DNA of 64,000 nucleotides from Oscillospiraceae bacterium (GTDB lineage: Bacteria; Bacillota; Clostridia; Oscillospirales; Oscillospiraceae): positions 250 to 64,249 of the forward strand of contig JAHHRW010000010.1 in NCBI GenBank assembly GCA_020025575.1, in the 5' to 3' direction. Each line of letters starts with the position of its first letter. The stretch's first letter is position 1. Below, piece after piece: positions 37,412 through 46,278 of the stretch. The notes under the pieces were generated by a model, which searched no databases, was not told where the DNA came from, and saw nothing but the letters and a program-made list of their open reading frames with translations. The position numbers and the translations under genes are program-made.

Positions 37412-37696
37412 AACGCTCCCTACAATCCAGGGGATATCCTATGATTTCTCTCAGCCATCTGGCGGTGTACCGTCATCGGTCACCGTCTAAAATACACGAA
37501 ATCGTACATACCCCCATATTATATTCCCTATTATACTGTAAGCCCATGCTGAACGCAATGCATTTCTGCCTTCCACCAACTTTTTTTAGTCCCAATTGCC
37601 ATTTTTATCGTCCAATATTGGTAAAAAGGCCCTGCGCAAACCACATTGTATGCTGATTGAAATTGTATTCATATCATTTGAAACGGTATTATTGAT

Positions 37697-37725
37697 TTGA
37701 CATTAGCACGATTATTTGCTAAAAT
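37697..37725 (+). promoter_or_regulatory. Strong sigma-A promoter candidate for the M23 peptidase gene
   Basis: TTGACA (37697-37702), 17 nt, TAAAAT (37720-37725). Confidence 0.6.
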
Positions 37726-37912
37726 ATAATCGCTTATTTAGGATTCTCATTGTAGGAACGAGGTATGCCAGAGATCCTAGGGAAGCGTTTTGCAGCGTGC
37801 TAACAGGCGCTTTACCCGGTGCGCACCTGCATTTCTCCGTCACACGCAGTGGTTATGCCGTGATTCGATGAACTACATCTACCCATACCTCAACGCAGAA
37901 AATGGAGTACTT

Positions 37913-39241
37913 ATGAAGAATTATCGCAAAATATTTTCCGGGGTATTGGCAGCATCCATGCTGTTTGCTGCAATTCCCTCTACAAATGCCGCCTCCACTA
38001 CTGAAATTCAGAGTCAGATCGATGCTCTGGAGGCGGAACACAGCAGCATCTCAGAGCAGTTAGCCGCTCTGCAGGAGCAGGAAAACGCCAACTGGGAGTC
38101 CACCGAGGAAATGGTGGCACAGAAGAGCAACATCGACCAGCAGATATTCCTGCTATATTCCGAGCTGGACAATCTGGACAGTCAGATCATGGAACACCGC
38201 AATCTGATTTCCCAGAATCAGACCAAACTAAAAGAGGCCCAGGCCCATTTGGACGACCTGAACGAAAAGAACAAAGAGCGCTTGCGTTCCATGGAAGAGA
38301 ACGGCAAGCTGTCCTATTGGTCCGTGGTATTTAAGGCCAACAGTTTCATTGACCTGATTGACCGGATGAACATCGCCCAGGAAATTGCTGATTCCGACAA
38401 ACGAATGATGGAATCTATGGAGCAGGCCGTCAACGAAGTGACCAGAGTCCAGAACGAACTGGTTACCCAGAAGACCGAGTTGGATAAGTCTCATGCACAG
38501 CAGCTGGCAGCCCAGGAAAATCTGGAAGCCAAGCGTGCTGAATCCGACGAAATTCTCAACCGCCTGAATATGGAGCGCAGCAGTCTGGCTAGTGAACAGC
38601 AGGAAATGGAAGACGCACAAAATGCGCTGCTGGAAGAGATTGCCCAGGCTGAGGTCGCATACAACGAAGCCCATGCCCGCGAGGAAGAGGAGCGTCGCAG
38701 ACAGGAAGAGGAACGCCGCAAGCAGGAAGAAGAGGAGCGCCGCAAGCAGGAAGAGGCAAACAAGCCTGCCCCCGCCCCTGCTCCCCAGTCCGGTAATGAA
38801 TCCCAACCCGAGCCTACTGCACCTCCCGAAACCGAGCCCGAGGAAGAGACTTCCTCCCCTTCCAGCGGTGACAGCGGTTGGCTGCAGCCTTGTTCTTACA
38901 TTTACATCAGCAGCCCCTATGGCAACAGAAGCAGCGGTTGGCATAACGGCGTAGATTTTGCCGGCAGCTACGGCATCCCCATTTACGCGACCCGTTCCGG
39001 CACTGTGACCAGAGTCCGCAGCATGACAACTTCCTATGGCAACCATGTTGTGATCAACCACGGCGACGGTTTCTCCAGCCTATATGCCCACATGGATTAC
39101 TATGTGGTGTCTGAGGGGCAGTATGTAAGCCAGGGCGAGCTGATTGGCTATATGGGTTCCACTGGTAACTCTACCGGTCCGCACCTGCACTTCACCATTA
39201 TGTATAATGGTGATGACGTCAATCCTCTGGGGTACGTATAA
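37913..39241 (+). CDS. Secreted coiled-coil M23 peptidoglycan DD-metalloendopeptidase (EnvC-like architecture)
   Basis: Signal peptide, a long coiled coil, then HNGVDF, INHGDGFSSLYAHM and GPHLHF. GGAG RBS precedes the ATG at 37913. Confidence 0.9.
   Translation: MKNYRKIFSGVLAASMLFAAIPSTNAASTTEIQSQIDALEAEHSSISEQLAALQEQENANWESTEEMVAQKSNIDQQIFLLYSELDNLDSQIMEHRNLISQNQTKLKEAQAHLDDLNEKNKERLRSMEENGKLSYWSVVFKANSFIDLIDRMNIAQEIADSDKRMMESMEQAVNEVTRVQNELVTQKTELDKSHAQQLAAQENLEAKRAESDEILNRLNMERSSLASEQQEMEDAQNALLEEIAQAEVAYNEAHAREEEERRRQEEERRKQEEEERRKQEEANKPAPAPAPQSGNESQPEPTAPPETEPEEETSSPSSGDSGWLQPCSYIYISSPYGNRSSGWHNGVDFAGSYGIPIYATRSGTVTRVRSMTTSYGNHVVINHGDGFSSLYAHMDYYVVSEGQYVSQGELIGYMGSTGNSTGPHLHFTIMYNGDDVNPLGYV
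38681..38757. repeat. Imperfect 21-24-bp tandem repeats encoding the EEERRRQEEERRKQEEEERRKQEE linker
   Basis: Repeated gaagaggagcgycgcaracag units, read directly from the sequence. Confidence 0.5.
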
Positions 39242-39259
39242 CGAATCCATCCTATGATC

Positions 39260-39302
39260 ATCCCCACAGTGACACAGTTTTGTCGCTGTGGGGATTTTTT
39301 TT
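39260..39302 (+). terminator. Rho-independent terminator after the M23 gene
   Basis: atccccacag / ctgtggggat followed by TTTTTTTT. Confidence 0.8.
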
Positions 39303-39325
39303 GCTTTATCCATCCTTCCTTAACG

Positions 39326-39365
39326 AACAAAAAGCAGCAGGAAAACGATTTCCTGCTGCTTTTTA
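39326..39365 (-). terminator. Rho-independent terminator after the anti-sigma gene
   Basis: aaaagcagcagga / tcctgctgctttt with T-runs on both strands. Confidence 0.7.
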
Positions 39366-39380
39366 TAGTTCCTGCATCCA

Positions 39381-40490
39381 CTATTTCTGGAATCTGGAAA
39401 CCTTTACATCATTTACCACAATCTGCGTAATGGGCAGCTGCTCCATAAGTCTTTCCAGATCCTGCTGTCCGATCTCCAGTCGCATTCCATAGCACGCCCA
39501 TTCCTTCTGCGCATTTTCAAGGCGTTTCTCTAACAGTGTCTGGGAAATCATATATTCAAAGTTGCTGTTTATTGTTTTCACAAAATCCGGATGATCTATC
39601 AGCAGCTGCAAACGAGAACGCAGACACTGTTCCAGATCCGCCCCGGTTATTTCAGATGGATTGGGAAGGAAATATCCCGGATAACGCTCTGCCGCTTTGT
39701 CATCAAATGCATCCCCAAATATACTGTACAGGGACATTCCGCCGGCGATTCCATGGATCAACGTCTGCTCCTGCCCCTTGAGGGCAAGCCACTGAAATTG
39801 AACCCCGGAATAGTTGTGCATCAGCTGGGCAACTTCATCCGCCGTCAGATCGGACGAAAAGCTCACCGAAACATCCAGATAGGCTGAAGCAGGCAATTTC
39901 TCCAACTCTTCCTTTACTGCTTTCGGCGTAAATTGTTCCAAACCTGCGTGGTCTGAATCAGGTGCGATGAATTCGTCTACACGCCTTACCAGCGGAGCAT
40001 AGCCCGTTTCCAGCTTAGCCGGTCCCGTCATCTTGGACATGCCAATGTGGAAGGTGTGCGTAGGTGGAGCGGGCAGTGTCACATAATCAAACGTATCCGT
40101 CAGACTCACGTCCACGTCATAGGTTCCAAAGCCCTTGGCTCTATAATAATCCCCATCATCACCGCTGACCACACGGCACCGCACCCCCGGGTAGTTCATG
40201 TGGATGGTCTCCTCCAATAAAAAGGCGAACGAACGTCCATTGTTGTCGGTTTCCGTCATAAACGAGGTTTCTTTACCTGGGTGATAAAAGATTCCATTCA
40301 TTGCTGCCGATATTCCAAAATAGATGCCCGTCCCCAGAAGTGCCACTACAAGCAGCGCCAAAAGAATGCGGCTGTACAGGCTGCGATTCATGGCCCTGCG
40401 TACCTTCCTTTGAAACTTCTGTTCTGCTAAATCTGTTGTTTCATCAGGAATCTCCTGCTCCAACAGACGATTCAAATCCTGCTCTTTCAT
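39381..40490 (-). CDS. Putative membrane-anchored anti-sigma factor
   Basis: A 4-nt overlap (ATGA) with the ECF sigma gene. It has a short cytoplasmic N-terminus, one TM (ILLALLVVALLGTGIYFGI) and a large extracytoplasmic domain. Confidence 0.6.
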   Translation of the reverse strand: MKEQDLNRLLEQEIPDETTDLAEQKFQRKVRRAMNRSLYSRILLALLVVALLGTGIYFGISAAMNGIFYHPGKETSFMTETDNNGRSFAFLLEETIHMNYPGVRCRVVSGDDGDYYRAKGFGTYDVDVSLTDTFDYVTLPAPPTHTFHIGMSKMTGPAKLETGYAPLVRRVDEFIAPDSDHAGLEQFTPKAVKEELEKLPASAYLDVSVSFSSDLTADEVAQLMHNYSGVQFQWLALKGQEQTLIHGIAGGMSLYSIFGDAFDDKAAERYPGYFLPNPSEITGADLEQCLRSRLQLLIDHPDFVKTINSNFEYMISQTLLEKRLENAQKEWACYGMRLEIGQQDLERLMEQLPITQIVVNDVKVSRFQK

Positions 40491-40975
40491 GGTTTTACCT
40501 CCTCACTGGTTGCGATGATACGCTGCTTTGCACGGTGCCGCAGCACCCGAACATGTGCAGCTGTCAGTCCTAGAATCTCTGCAATTTCATTGTCCCGATA
40601 ATCCGTCTGAATGGTCAAGAGCAGGACCTCCCTTTCACGCTCCGGAAGATGGCTGATCTGCCCATAGAGCCACTGCCTGCGCTCATTCTCCATATAATCT
40701 TCAAGCACATCTTCTACCATTGGCTGGTTTTGGACGATCTCATCATCACAGTGTACTTCCCGCTTTTGCCGTTTTTTCAGATCCAGAAATTCATTGTGCA
40801 GGACTGTATACATCCACGCCTGTATATTGCCACTACGAAAAGTGGTCAGGGCTTTCACAAAGGTATTTGCTGTCAGATCCTCTGCATCCTCTTTTACGTG
40901 CGTAAGGGAATAGGCGTATAGAAACAGCGGTCTGTAATATCTGCGATACAGCTCTTCAAACATTTCCTGTTTCAT
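40487..40975 (-). CDS. ECF-type RNA polymerase sigma-70 factor
   Basis: Region 2 (YRRYYRPLFLYAYSLT) and region 4 HTH (LPEREREVLLL...NEIAEILGLTAAHVRVLRHRAKQ). Confidence 0.9.
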   Translation of the reverse strand: MKQEMFEELYRRYYRPLFLYAYSLTHVKEDAEDLTANTFVKALTTFRSGNIQAWMYTVLHNEFLDLKKRQKREVHCDDEIVQNQPMVEDVLEDYMENERRQWLYGQISHLPEREREVLLLTIQTDYRDNEIAEILGLTAAHVRVLRHRAKQRIIATSEEVKP

Positions 40976-41261
40976 ATCCCATCCCCCCTTCTACTTATAG
41001 AACGATTACAAAGGCAAAACATTACAGAAAATTCTGAGCAAATTTTTGATATCCTTATCTATGTTATCGTATCATCTGCAAGCGTCTATTTCCACCGTTT
41101 TTTCATACCCCATCTCTATTGAGAAGACGAATCCCCCTCGGAGGGCGCACTTAGTATCATTCGGTGCAGATTGCAGGAGAGGCGCTTCATTGATTTTCTC
41201 TTCTCTGCGTGCTATAATTAGCCCTGTTCAATAAACTGGCATCCGCAGGAGGAAACTGGAG

Positions 41262-41894
41262 ATGAAAGAAAAAGAGCATAAGCTTACCCCCGCTGAGCAG
41301 CAGCGAAAAGAGCAATTTGAGGTACGCAAGGCAAGCCTTGAACAGGCAGGCTATCAGGCGCAGGATCTGACCATCGGTATCGTAAAGGCCAATGTTCTGG
41401 CCGTTGTGATCATATTACCCTTTATAGCGGCGCTGCTCATTTGGTACATATGGGTCAACGGCGAATTGTTATCCGATCTGTCTCCTTTGAATTTGGTACT
41501 CCTGCCGGTAGTATCCATTCTCTTGGTCGTAGTTCATGAGCTAATCCACGGTTTGGTGTGGGGATGCTTTGCCCCCAGTGGGTTTCAGGCGATCAAGTTC
41601 GGTGTCATTTGGTCTGCCCTGACTCCGTACTGCACCTGTGCCGATCCGCTGAGCAAGGGGCAATACCTTTTAGGTGGAGCGATGCCTACCCTGATTTTGG
41701 GCTTTGGTCTTGGGGCTGTGGCTGTGTTCACTGGGCAGAGTTTTTTATTGTGCCAAGCCTTGTTGATGATATTGGGAGGCGGTGCCGATTTCTGTATTAT
41801 TTTGAAACTGCTGCGGCACAAACCGCTGGGAGAGACCATTTACTGTGACCATCCTTATGAGTGCGGCGTAGTGGCCTTCGTTCAACCCGACTGA
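41262..41894 (+). CDS. DUF3267-like membrane protein with an HExxH zincin-type motif
   Basis: HELIHGLVW sits between TM helices. AGGAGG RBS. Confidence 0.7.
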   Translation: MKEKEHKLTPAEQQRKEQFEVRKASLEQAGYQAQDLTIGIVKANVLAVVIILPFIAALLIWYIWVNGELLSDLSPLNLVLLPVVSILLVVVHELIHGLVWGCFAPSGFQAIKFGVIWSALTPYCTCADPLSKGQYLLGGAMPTLILGFGLGAVAVFTGQSFLLCQALLMILGGGADFCIILKLLRHKPLGETIYCDHPYECGVVAFVQPD

Positions 41895-41991
41895 ATCATC
41901 CTGTCAATCATGCACAGGGGCGGCACCAATCAAATCCGGTCGTAAGCCCCATGGTATTTGTGTTAAATTGGACCCCCGAAATATTTGATCT

Positions 41992-42037
41992 AAAAAAGGT
42001 GCTCTGCCAACTGTGAATCGTTGGCAGAGCACCTTTT
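41992..42037. terminator. Bidirectional terminator (DUF3267 / degV)
   Basis: A 17-bp perfect stem (aaaaggtgctctgccaa / ttggcagagcacctttt). Confidence 0.8.
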
Positions 42038-42065
42038 CATATGGCACTCGTATTTTTTCTTAGCC

Positions 42066-42953
42066 TTATCTCTGGCGTGGTTCTCCCCAGAAAAACAGGG
42101 CTACCGTACCGGGGCCTGTGTGACTTCCGATTGTGGTTCCCACATAATTGATTTCTACGGAACCATTCAGATTTGGAAATGCCTCTTCCACAAGCTTGGC
42201 CACCGCAACGGCATCTTCATAACAGCCGGCCTGAGAGATGTAGCATTTGCCACGATATGCTTGGCCATCCTGTGCGCACAGTTTCATCTGCTCCACAATT
42301 CTCTTGATGACCGCCGCCTTTCCTCTGACCTTAAACCGGGGAATCAGTTTTCCTTCGTCATTCATATTCAGCAGCGGGCAGATTTTGAGTGCAGTACCAA
42401 ACCATCCTGCAGCCTTGGTAATACGTCCACCCTTAACATAGAATGACAAATCCGTTGAGAAGAACCAATGGTTCAATTCCAATTTATGGTCGTTGGCCCA
42501 GTTGTAAAGATCCTCGATTTCCATGCCCTCGTCCCGAAGATCCGCCAGTCGATCCATTAACAATCCGTATCCTGAGGACGCACTCAGGGAATCGACAATA
42601 TAGATTTTTCTTTCCGGATATTTTTCCAGCAATTCTTCCCGAGCAATGCACGCAGAGTTATAGACGCCCGAAAGACCGGATGAAAGGGTAACATGCAGAA
42701 TATCCTGCCCGTTTTCCAGAAAAGGCGTAAAGTATTCAATAAACTCCGAGGCATTGATTTGAGAGGTTTTTGTCTCGGCGCCCTCACTCATAGCCTGATA
42801 GAAATGATCAAACGGAATGGATTTTCCCAGATCATCGCTATAGTTTACGCCGTCCAATGAAAAATGGAAACAGATATACTCAATATTTCTATTGCGAAAA
42901 TGCTCCTCGGTCAAATCCGCTGTTGAGCAGCAGCTTAAAACATATGGTTTCAT
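42066..42953 (-). CDS. DegV-family fatty-acid-binding protein
   Basis: YVLSCCSTADL and IVDSLSASSGYGLL, with length and layout typical of DegV. Confidence 0.9.
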   Translation of the reverse strand: MKPYVLSCCSTADLTEEHFRNRNIEYICFHFSLDGVNYSDDLGKSIPFDHFYQAMSEGAETKTSQINASEFIEYFTPFLENGQDILHVTLSSGLSGVYNSACIAREELLEKYPERKIYIVDSLSASSGYGLLMDRLADLRDEGMEIEDLYNWANDHKLELNHWFFSTDLSFYVKGGRITKAAGWFGTALKICPLLNMNDEGKLIPRFKVRGKAAVIKRIVEQMKLCAQDGQAYRGKCYISQAGCYEDAVAVAKLVEEAFPNLNGSVEINYVGTTIGSHTGPGTVALFFWGEPRQR

Positions 42954-43300
42954 ATATTAAATCCTCATATTCATGCGCATTTGCTGATCGATCTGTTTCC
43001 CATGCGAAATCAGATACAATCATCACTTAAAACTTCCCGGCAGGATCGTCAATCCATGACATGTGCGAAGGAAAGCCGCCCGGTTTGGGGCACCTTTGGT
43101 TCCGCCTGCGGCATTGCTTATGCTGGTATTCTCCCTCAAATATGTCAATTGACCATACTTCCTGTATAAAGTCTACCATTATAACAATTATTAGTCAAGG
43201 GAACAATGCGCAGATGCGCGCATTCTCTATAAGATTACAGATTCACCCTAATTTTTCCATGGAATTGATTCCGAAAATATCCATTTCCCATGGCATCACC

Positions 43301-43329
43301 TTGCAATACGGTTGTAAAAGGAATATAAT
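43301..43329 (+). promoter_or_regulatory. Sigma-A promoter candidate for the second sugar ABC operon
   Basis: TTGCAA, 17 nt, TATAAT (43324-43329). Confidence 0.55.
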
Positions 43330-43378
43330 GGAATCAATATACGCAAAACACACTATAGAATAAAAGGAATGGTGTCCA

Positions 43379-44482
43379 ATGAAAGTAGTCCTGCAAAATC
43401 TGACGAAAACATACCCAAACCGCAACAAAAAAGCTCCCGGCCAAGTGGTGGCCGTGAATGATTTCACCATGGAAATTCCCGATGGAAAGCTGATAGGCCT
43501 GCTGGGTCCCTCCGGCTGCGGCAAAAGCACAACGCTGAATCTGCTTTCCGGTCTGCAAAAGCCTACCAGTGGAAAAATCTTCTTCGGAGAGGACGATGTG
43601 ACAGATCTTCCCCCAGAAAACCGTGGGGTCGGTCTGGTGTTCCAAAACTACGCCCTTTATCCCCATCTGACCGTCAAACAGAACATTACATTTCCTCTGG
43701 AAAACCGAAAGGGTGCCGACAAACTGACCAAACAGCAGATGCTGGAAAAAGCCACCGCCGCAGCAAAGCTGGTGCAGATTGAGGAGCTGATGGATCGCAA
43801 ACCCAATGAACTCTCCGGCGGTCAGCAGCAGCGGGTGGCCATCGCCCGAGCTTTGGTAAAGATGCCCCGCATTCTGCTATTGGACGAGCCACTTTCCAAT
43901 TTGGATGCCAGACTCCGTCTGCAAACCAGAGAAGAACTTCGCCGGATTCAGCGTGAAACCGGTATTACCACCATTTTTGTCACCCACGATCAGGAAGAGG
44001 CCATGAGCATCTCCGATCTGATTGTGGTCATGAATGCAGGCGTGATTCAGCAGATTGGCGAGCCGCAGCAGGTCTACGACAATCCCTCAAATCTGTTTGT
44101 GGCGAAATTTCTGGGGACGCCCCCCATCAATGTTTTCTCCGGCACCATTCAAAACGGGATGCTGTACATTGGACGCGATGCGGTTCTGCCCTGCAAAGGT
44201 CTTGCGGATCAACCTGTCACCGTGGGGATTCGGCCCGAGGGTTTCCAGCTGTGTGAGGATGGCCCTCTATGCTGCAGTCTCAAGGGGGTAGAGGTCATGG
44301 GCCGTGATATCAGTGTGGTATCCACCCACACCGCTTGCCAAAGCCAGACCATCCGCTCCATCATCCGTGCAGAAAATGCTGTAGACACCAGCTTGACAAC
44401 CGTGCGATTCTCCCTAAACCCCAAAAAAGTGTTCCTATTCCACGGAGAAACCGGTAATCGTCTGCAATTTGCACAAGAATAA
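43379..44482 (+). CDS. ABC transporter ATP-binding protein (MalK/MsmK type)
   Basis: GPSGCGKST, LSGGQQQR, LLLDEPLSNLD. Confidence 0.95.
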   Translation: MKVVLQNLTKTYPNRNKKAPGQVVAVNDFTMEIPDGKLIGLLGPSGCGKSTTLNLLSGLQKPTSGKIFFGEDDVTDLPPENRGVGLVFQNYALYPHLTVKQNITFPLENRKGADKLTKQQMLEKATAAAKLVQIEELMDRKPNELSGGQQQRVAIARALVKMPRILLLDEPLSNLDARLRLQTREELRRIQRETGITTIFVTHDQEEAMSISDLIVVMNAGVIQQIGEPQQVYDNPSNLFVAKFLGTPPINVFSGTIQNGMLYIGRDAVLPCKGLADQPVTVGIRPEGFQLCEDGPLCCSLKGVEVMGRDISVVSTHTACQSQTIRSIIRAENAVDTSLTTVRFSLNPKKVFLFHGETGNRLQFAQE

Positions 44483-44497
44483 GGCAGGAGCAAGGAA

Positions 44498-45391
44498 ATG
44501 GAAAAACGAAATCGAAAAGGCTGGCTGTATCTGCTGCCGGCACTCCTGTTCCTCGGCGTATTTATGGTATATCCGCTGATTGATGTACTGATTTACTCCC
44601 TGGAAGAGGGCTATAATTTTGCCTCCCAGACCTATCAGGGCGTGGGAATCTTTAACTATTCCTATGTGCTCCACGATCCCTATTTTTTGCAGGCAGTGAA
44701 AAATACCTTCCTGCTGGTAATCATCACCGTCCCACTATCCACAGGCATCGCGCTGCTGCTGTCTGCCGGACTCAGCTCCATCAGGCCCCTGCGTCAGGCC
44801 TACCAAACCATCTATTTTCTGCCCTATGTGACAAACACCTTAGCCGTGGGCCTTGTATTTATGATTCTGTTCAAAAGGACTCCCTATTCCGATGGCTTTG
44901 CAAATCTGATTCTATCCTGGTTTGGCACCGGTCCCGTGGATTTTATCGACGGTCCCTACTGGGCAAAAATGTTCGTGCTATGTTTTTACACCATTTGGGT
45001 GGTCATGCCTTTTAAGGTTTTGATTTTAACCAGTGCCATGGCCTCTGTCAATCAGAACTACTATAACGCTGCCAGGATAGACGGCACCTCTTCTCTGCGT
45101 ATTTTTACCAGAATCACCCTGCCCATGATTTCCCCTACGGTGTTTTATCTGATTATTACGGGTTTCATCGGCGCATTTAAGGCATACAGTGATGCAGTTG
45201 CCCTGTTTGGCACGGATCTAAACGCCGCCGGCATGAATACCATCGTGGGTTATGTATACGATATGCTCTACGGAAACAGCGGCGGGTATCCGTCCTACGC
45301 TGCGGCAGCCGCAATCATACTGTTCGCCATCGTATTGACGATCACCTGCATCAACCTGATGGTCAGTAAAAAACATGTCCACTATGAATGA
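44498..45391 (+). CDS. Carbohydrate ABC transporter permease
   Basis: Six TM helices; EAA loop YNAARIDGTSSLRIFTRITLPM. Confidence 0.9.
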   Translation: MEKRNRKGWLYLLPALLFLGVFMVYPLIDVLIYSLEEGYNFASQTYQGVGIFNYSYVLHDPYFLQAVKNTFLLVIITVPLSTGIALLLSAGLSSIRPLRQAYQTIYFLPYVTNTLAVGLVFMILFKRTPYSDGFANLILSWFGTGPVDFIDGPYWAKMFVLCFYTIWVVMPFKVLILTSAMASVNQNYYNAARIDGTSSLRIFTRITLPMISPTVFYLIITGFIGAFKAYSDAVALFGTDLNAAGMNTIVGYVYDMLYGNSGGYPSYAAAAAIILFAIVLTITCINLMVSKKHVHYE

Positions 45392-46278
45392 GGAAAATCG
45401 ATATGGCAAAAAAAGTTGATTATGAAAACATTGCCCACACCTCCAGAACACGAAGGAACATGGTCCGGGCCATTACCTATGTGTTTCTGACCATTTGGGC
45501 GTTGATTGTGCTGTTCCCTTTTTACTGGATGGTTCTATCCTCCATAAAAAGCTACGGTGCATATAATTCTGAGTATATTCCCCAGTTTTTCACCCTCTCC
45601 CCCACATTAGAGAACTATGTGCAGGCGTTTACTGCTGTACCTTTGGCGCAGTACTTTTTGAACACCGTGATCTTCACCGTTTCCACCACTGCCATCATGC
45701 TGGTTGTCACAGTGCTGGCAGCCTTCGCTTTCGCAAGGCTCAACTTCAGGGGCAAAGATCTCGTCTTTACCCTGTTTCTGGCGCTGATGATGATTCCAAA
45801 CGAGCTGGTCATCATCACCAATTTTGTCACCGTCACCAATCTGGATATGCGAAATACCTTTCTGGGGCTGATTCTCCCCTCCGTCACTTCCATATTCTAC
45901 ATCTACCTGCTGAAAGAAAATTTCTCCCAGATTCCGGATGAGCTTTACTATGCCGCTAAGGTAGATGGAACCTCTGACCTGAGATACCTTCTGAAGGTGA
46001 TGGTTCCCATTTGCAGGCCCACCCTCATCACCATCACCATCCTGAAGGTCATCGAGTGCTGGAATTCCTATGTGTGGCCCCATCTGATTACCGATCAGGA
46101 GTCTTATTTTTTGGTGTCAAACGGTATCCAGTCCATTCGCGAAAACGGCTTTGGACGGGAGAACATCCCCGCCATGATGGCCGCTGTGGTGGTCATATCG
46201 GTTCCGCTGATTCTTTTATTCTTGATTTTCCGTAATAAAATCATGGAAGGCGTGTCCAGAGGAGGAATCAAGGGATGA
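45388..46278 (+). CDS. Carbohydrate ABC transporter permease
   Basis: EAA loop YYAAKVDGTSDLRYLLKVMVP. The alternative start at 45403 sits behind GAGGA. Confidence 0.9.
   Translation: MRKIDMAKKVDYENIAHTSRTRRNMVRAITYVFLTIWALIVLFPFYWMVLSSIKSYGAYNSEYIPQFFTLSPTLENYVQAFTAVPLAQYFLNTVIFTVSTTAIMLVVTVLAAFAFARLNFRGKDLVFTLFLALMMIPNELVIITNFVTVTNLDMRNTFLGLILPSVTSIFYIYLLKENFSQIPDELYYAAKVDGTSDLRYLLKVMVPICRPTLITITILKVIECWNSYVWPHLITDQESYFLVSNGIQSIRENGFGRENIPAMMAAVVVISVPLILLFLIFRNKIMEGVSRGGIKG

Noticed and set aside
42981-43300. GC-rich patch and small ORFs (42981-43169, 43061-43363) in the degV / ABC spacer
   Set aside because: The ORFs have no RBS and odd composition. I could not match the GC-rich segment (about 43070-43130) to any RNA family by eye, so the evidence is too weak to report as a feature.
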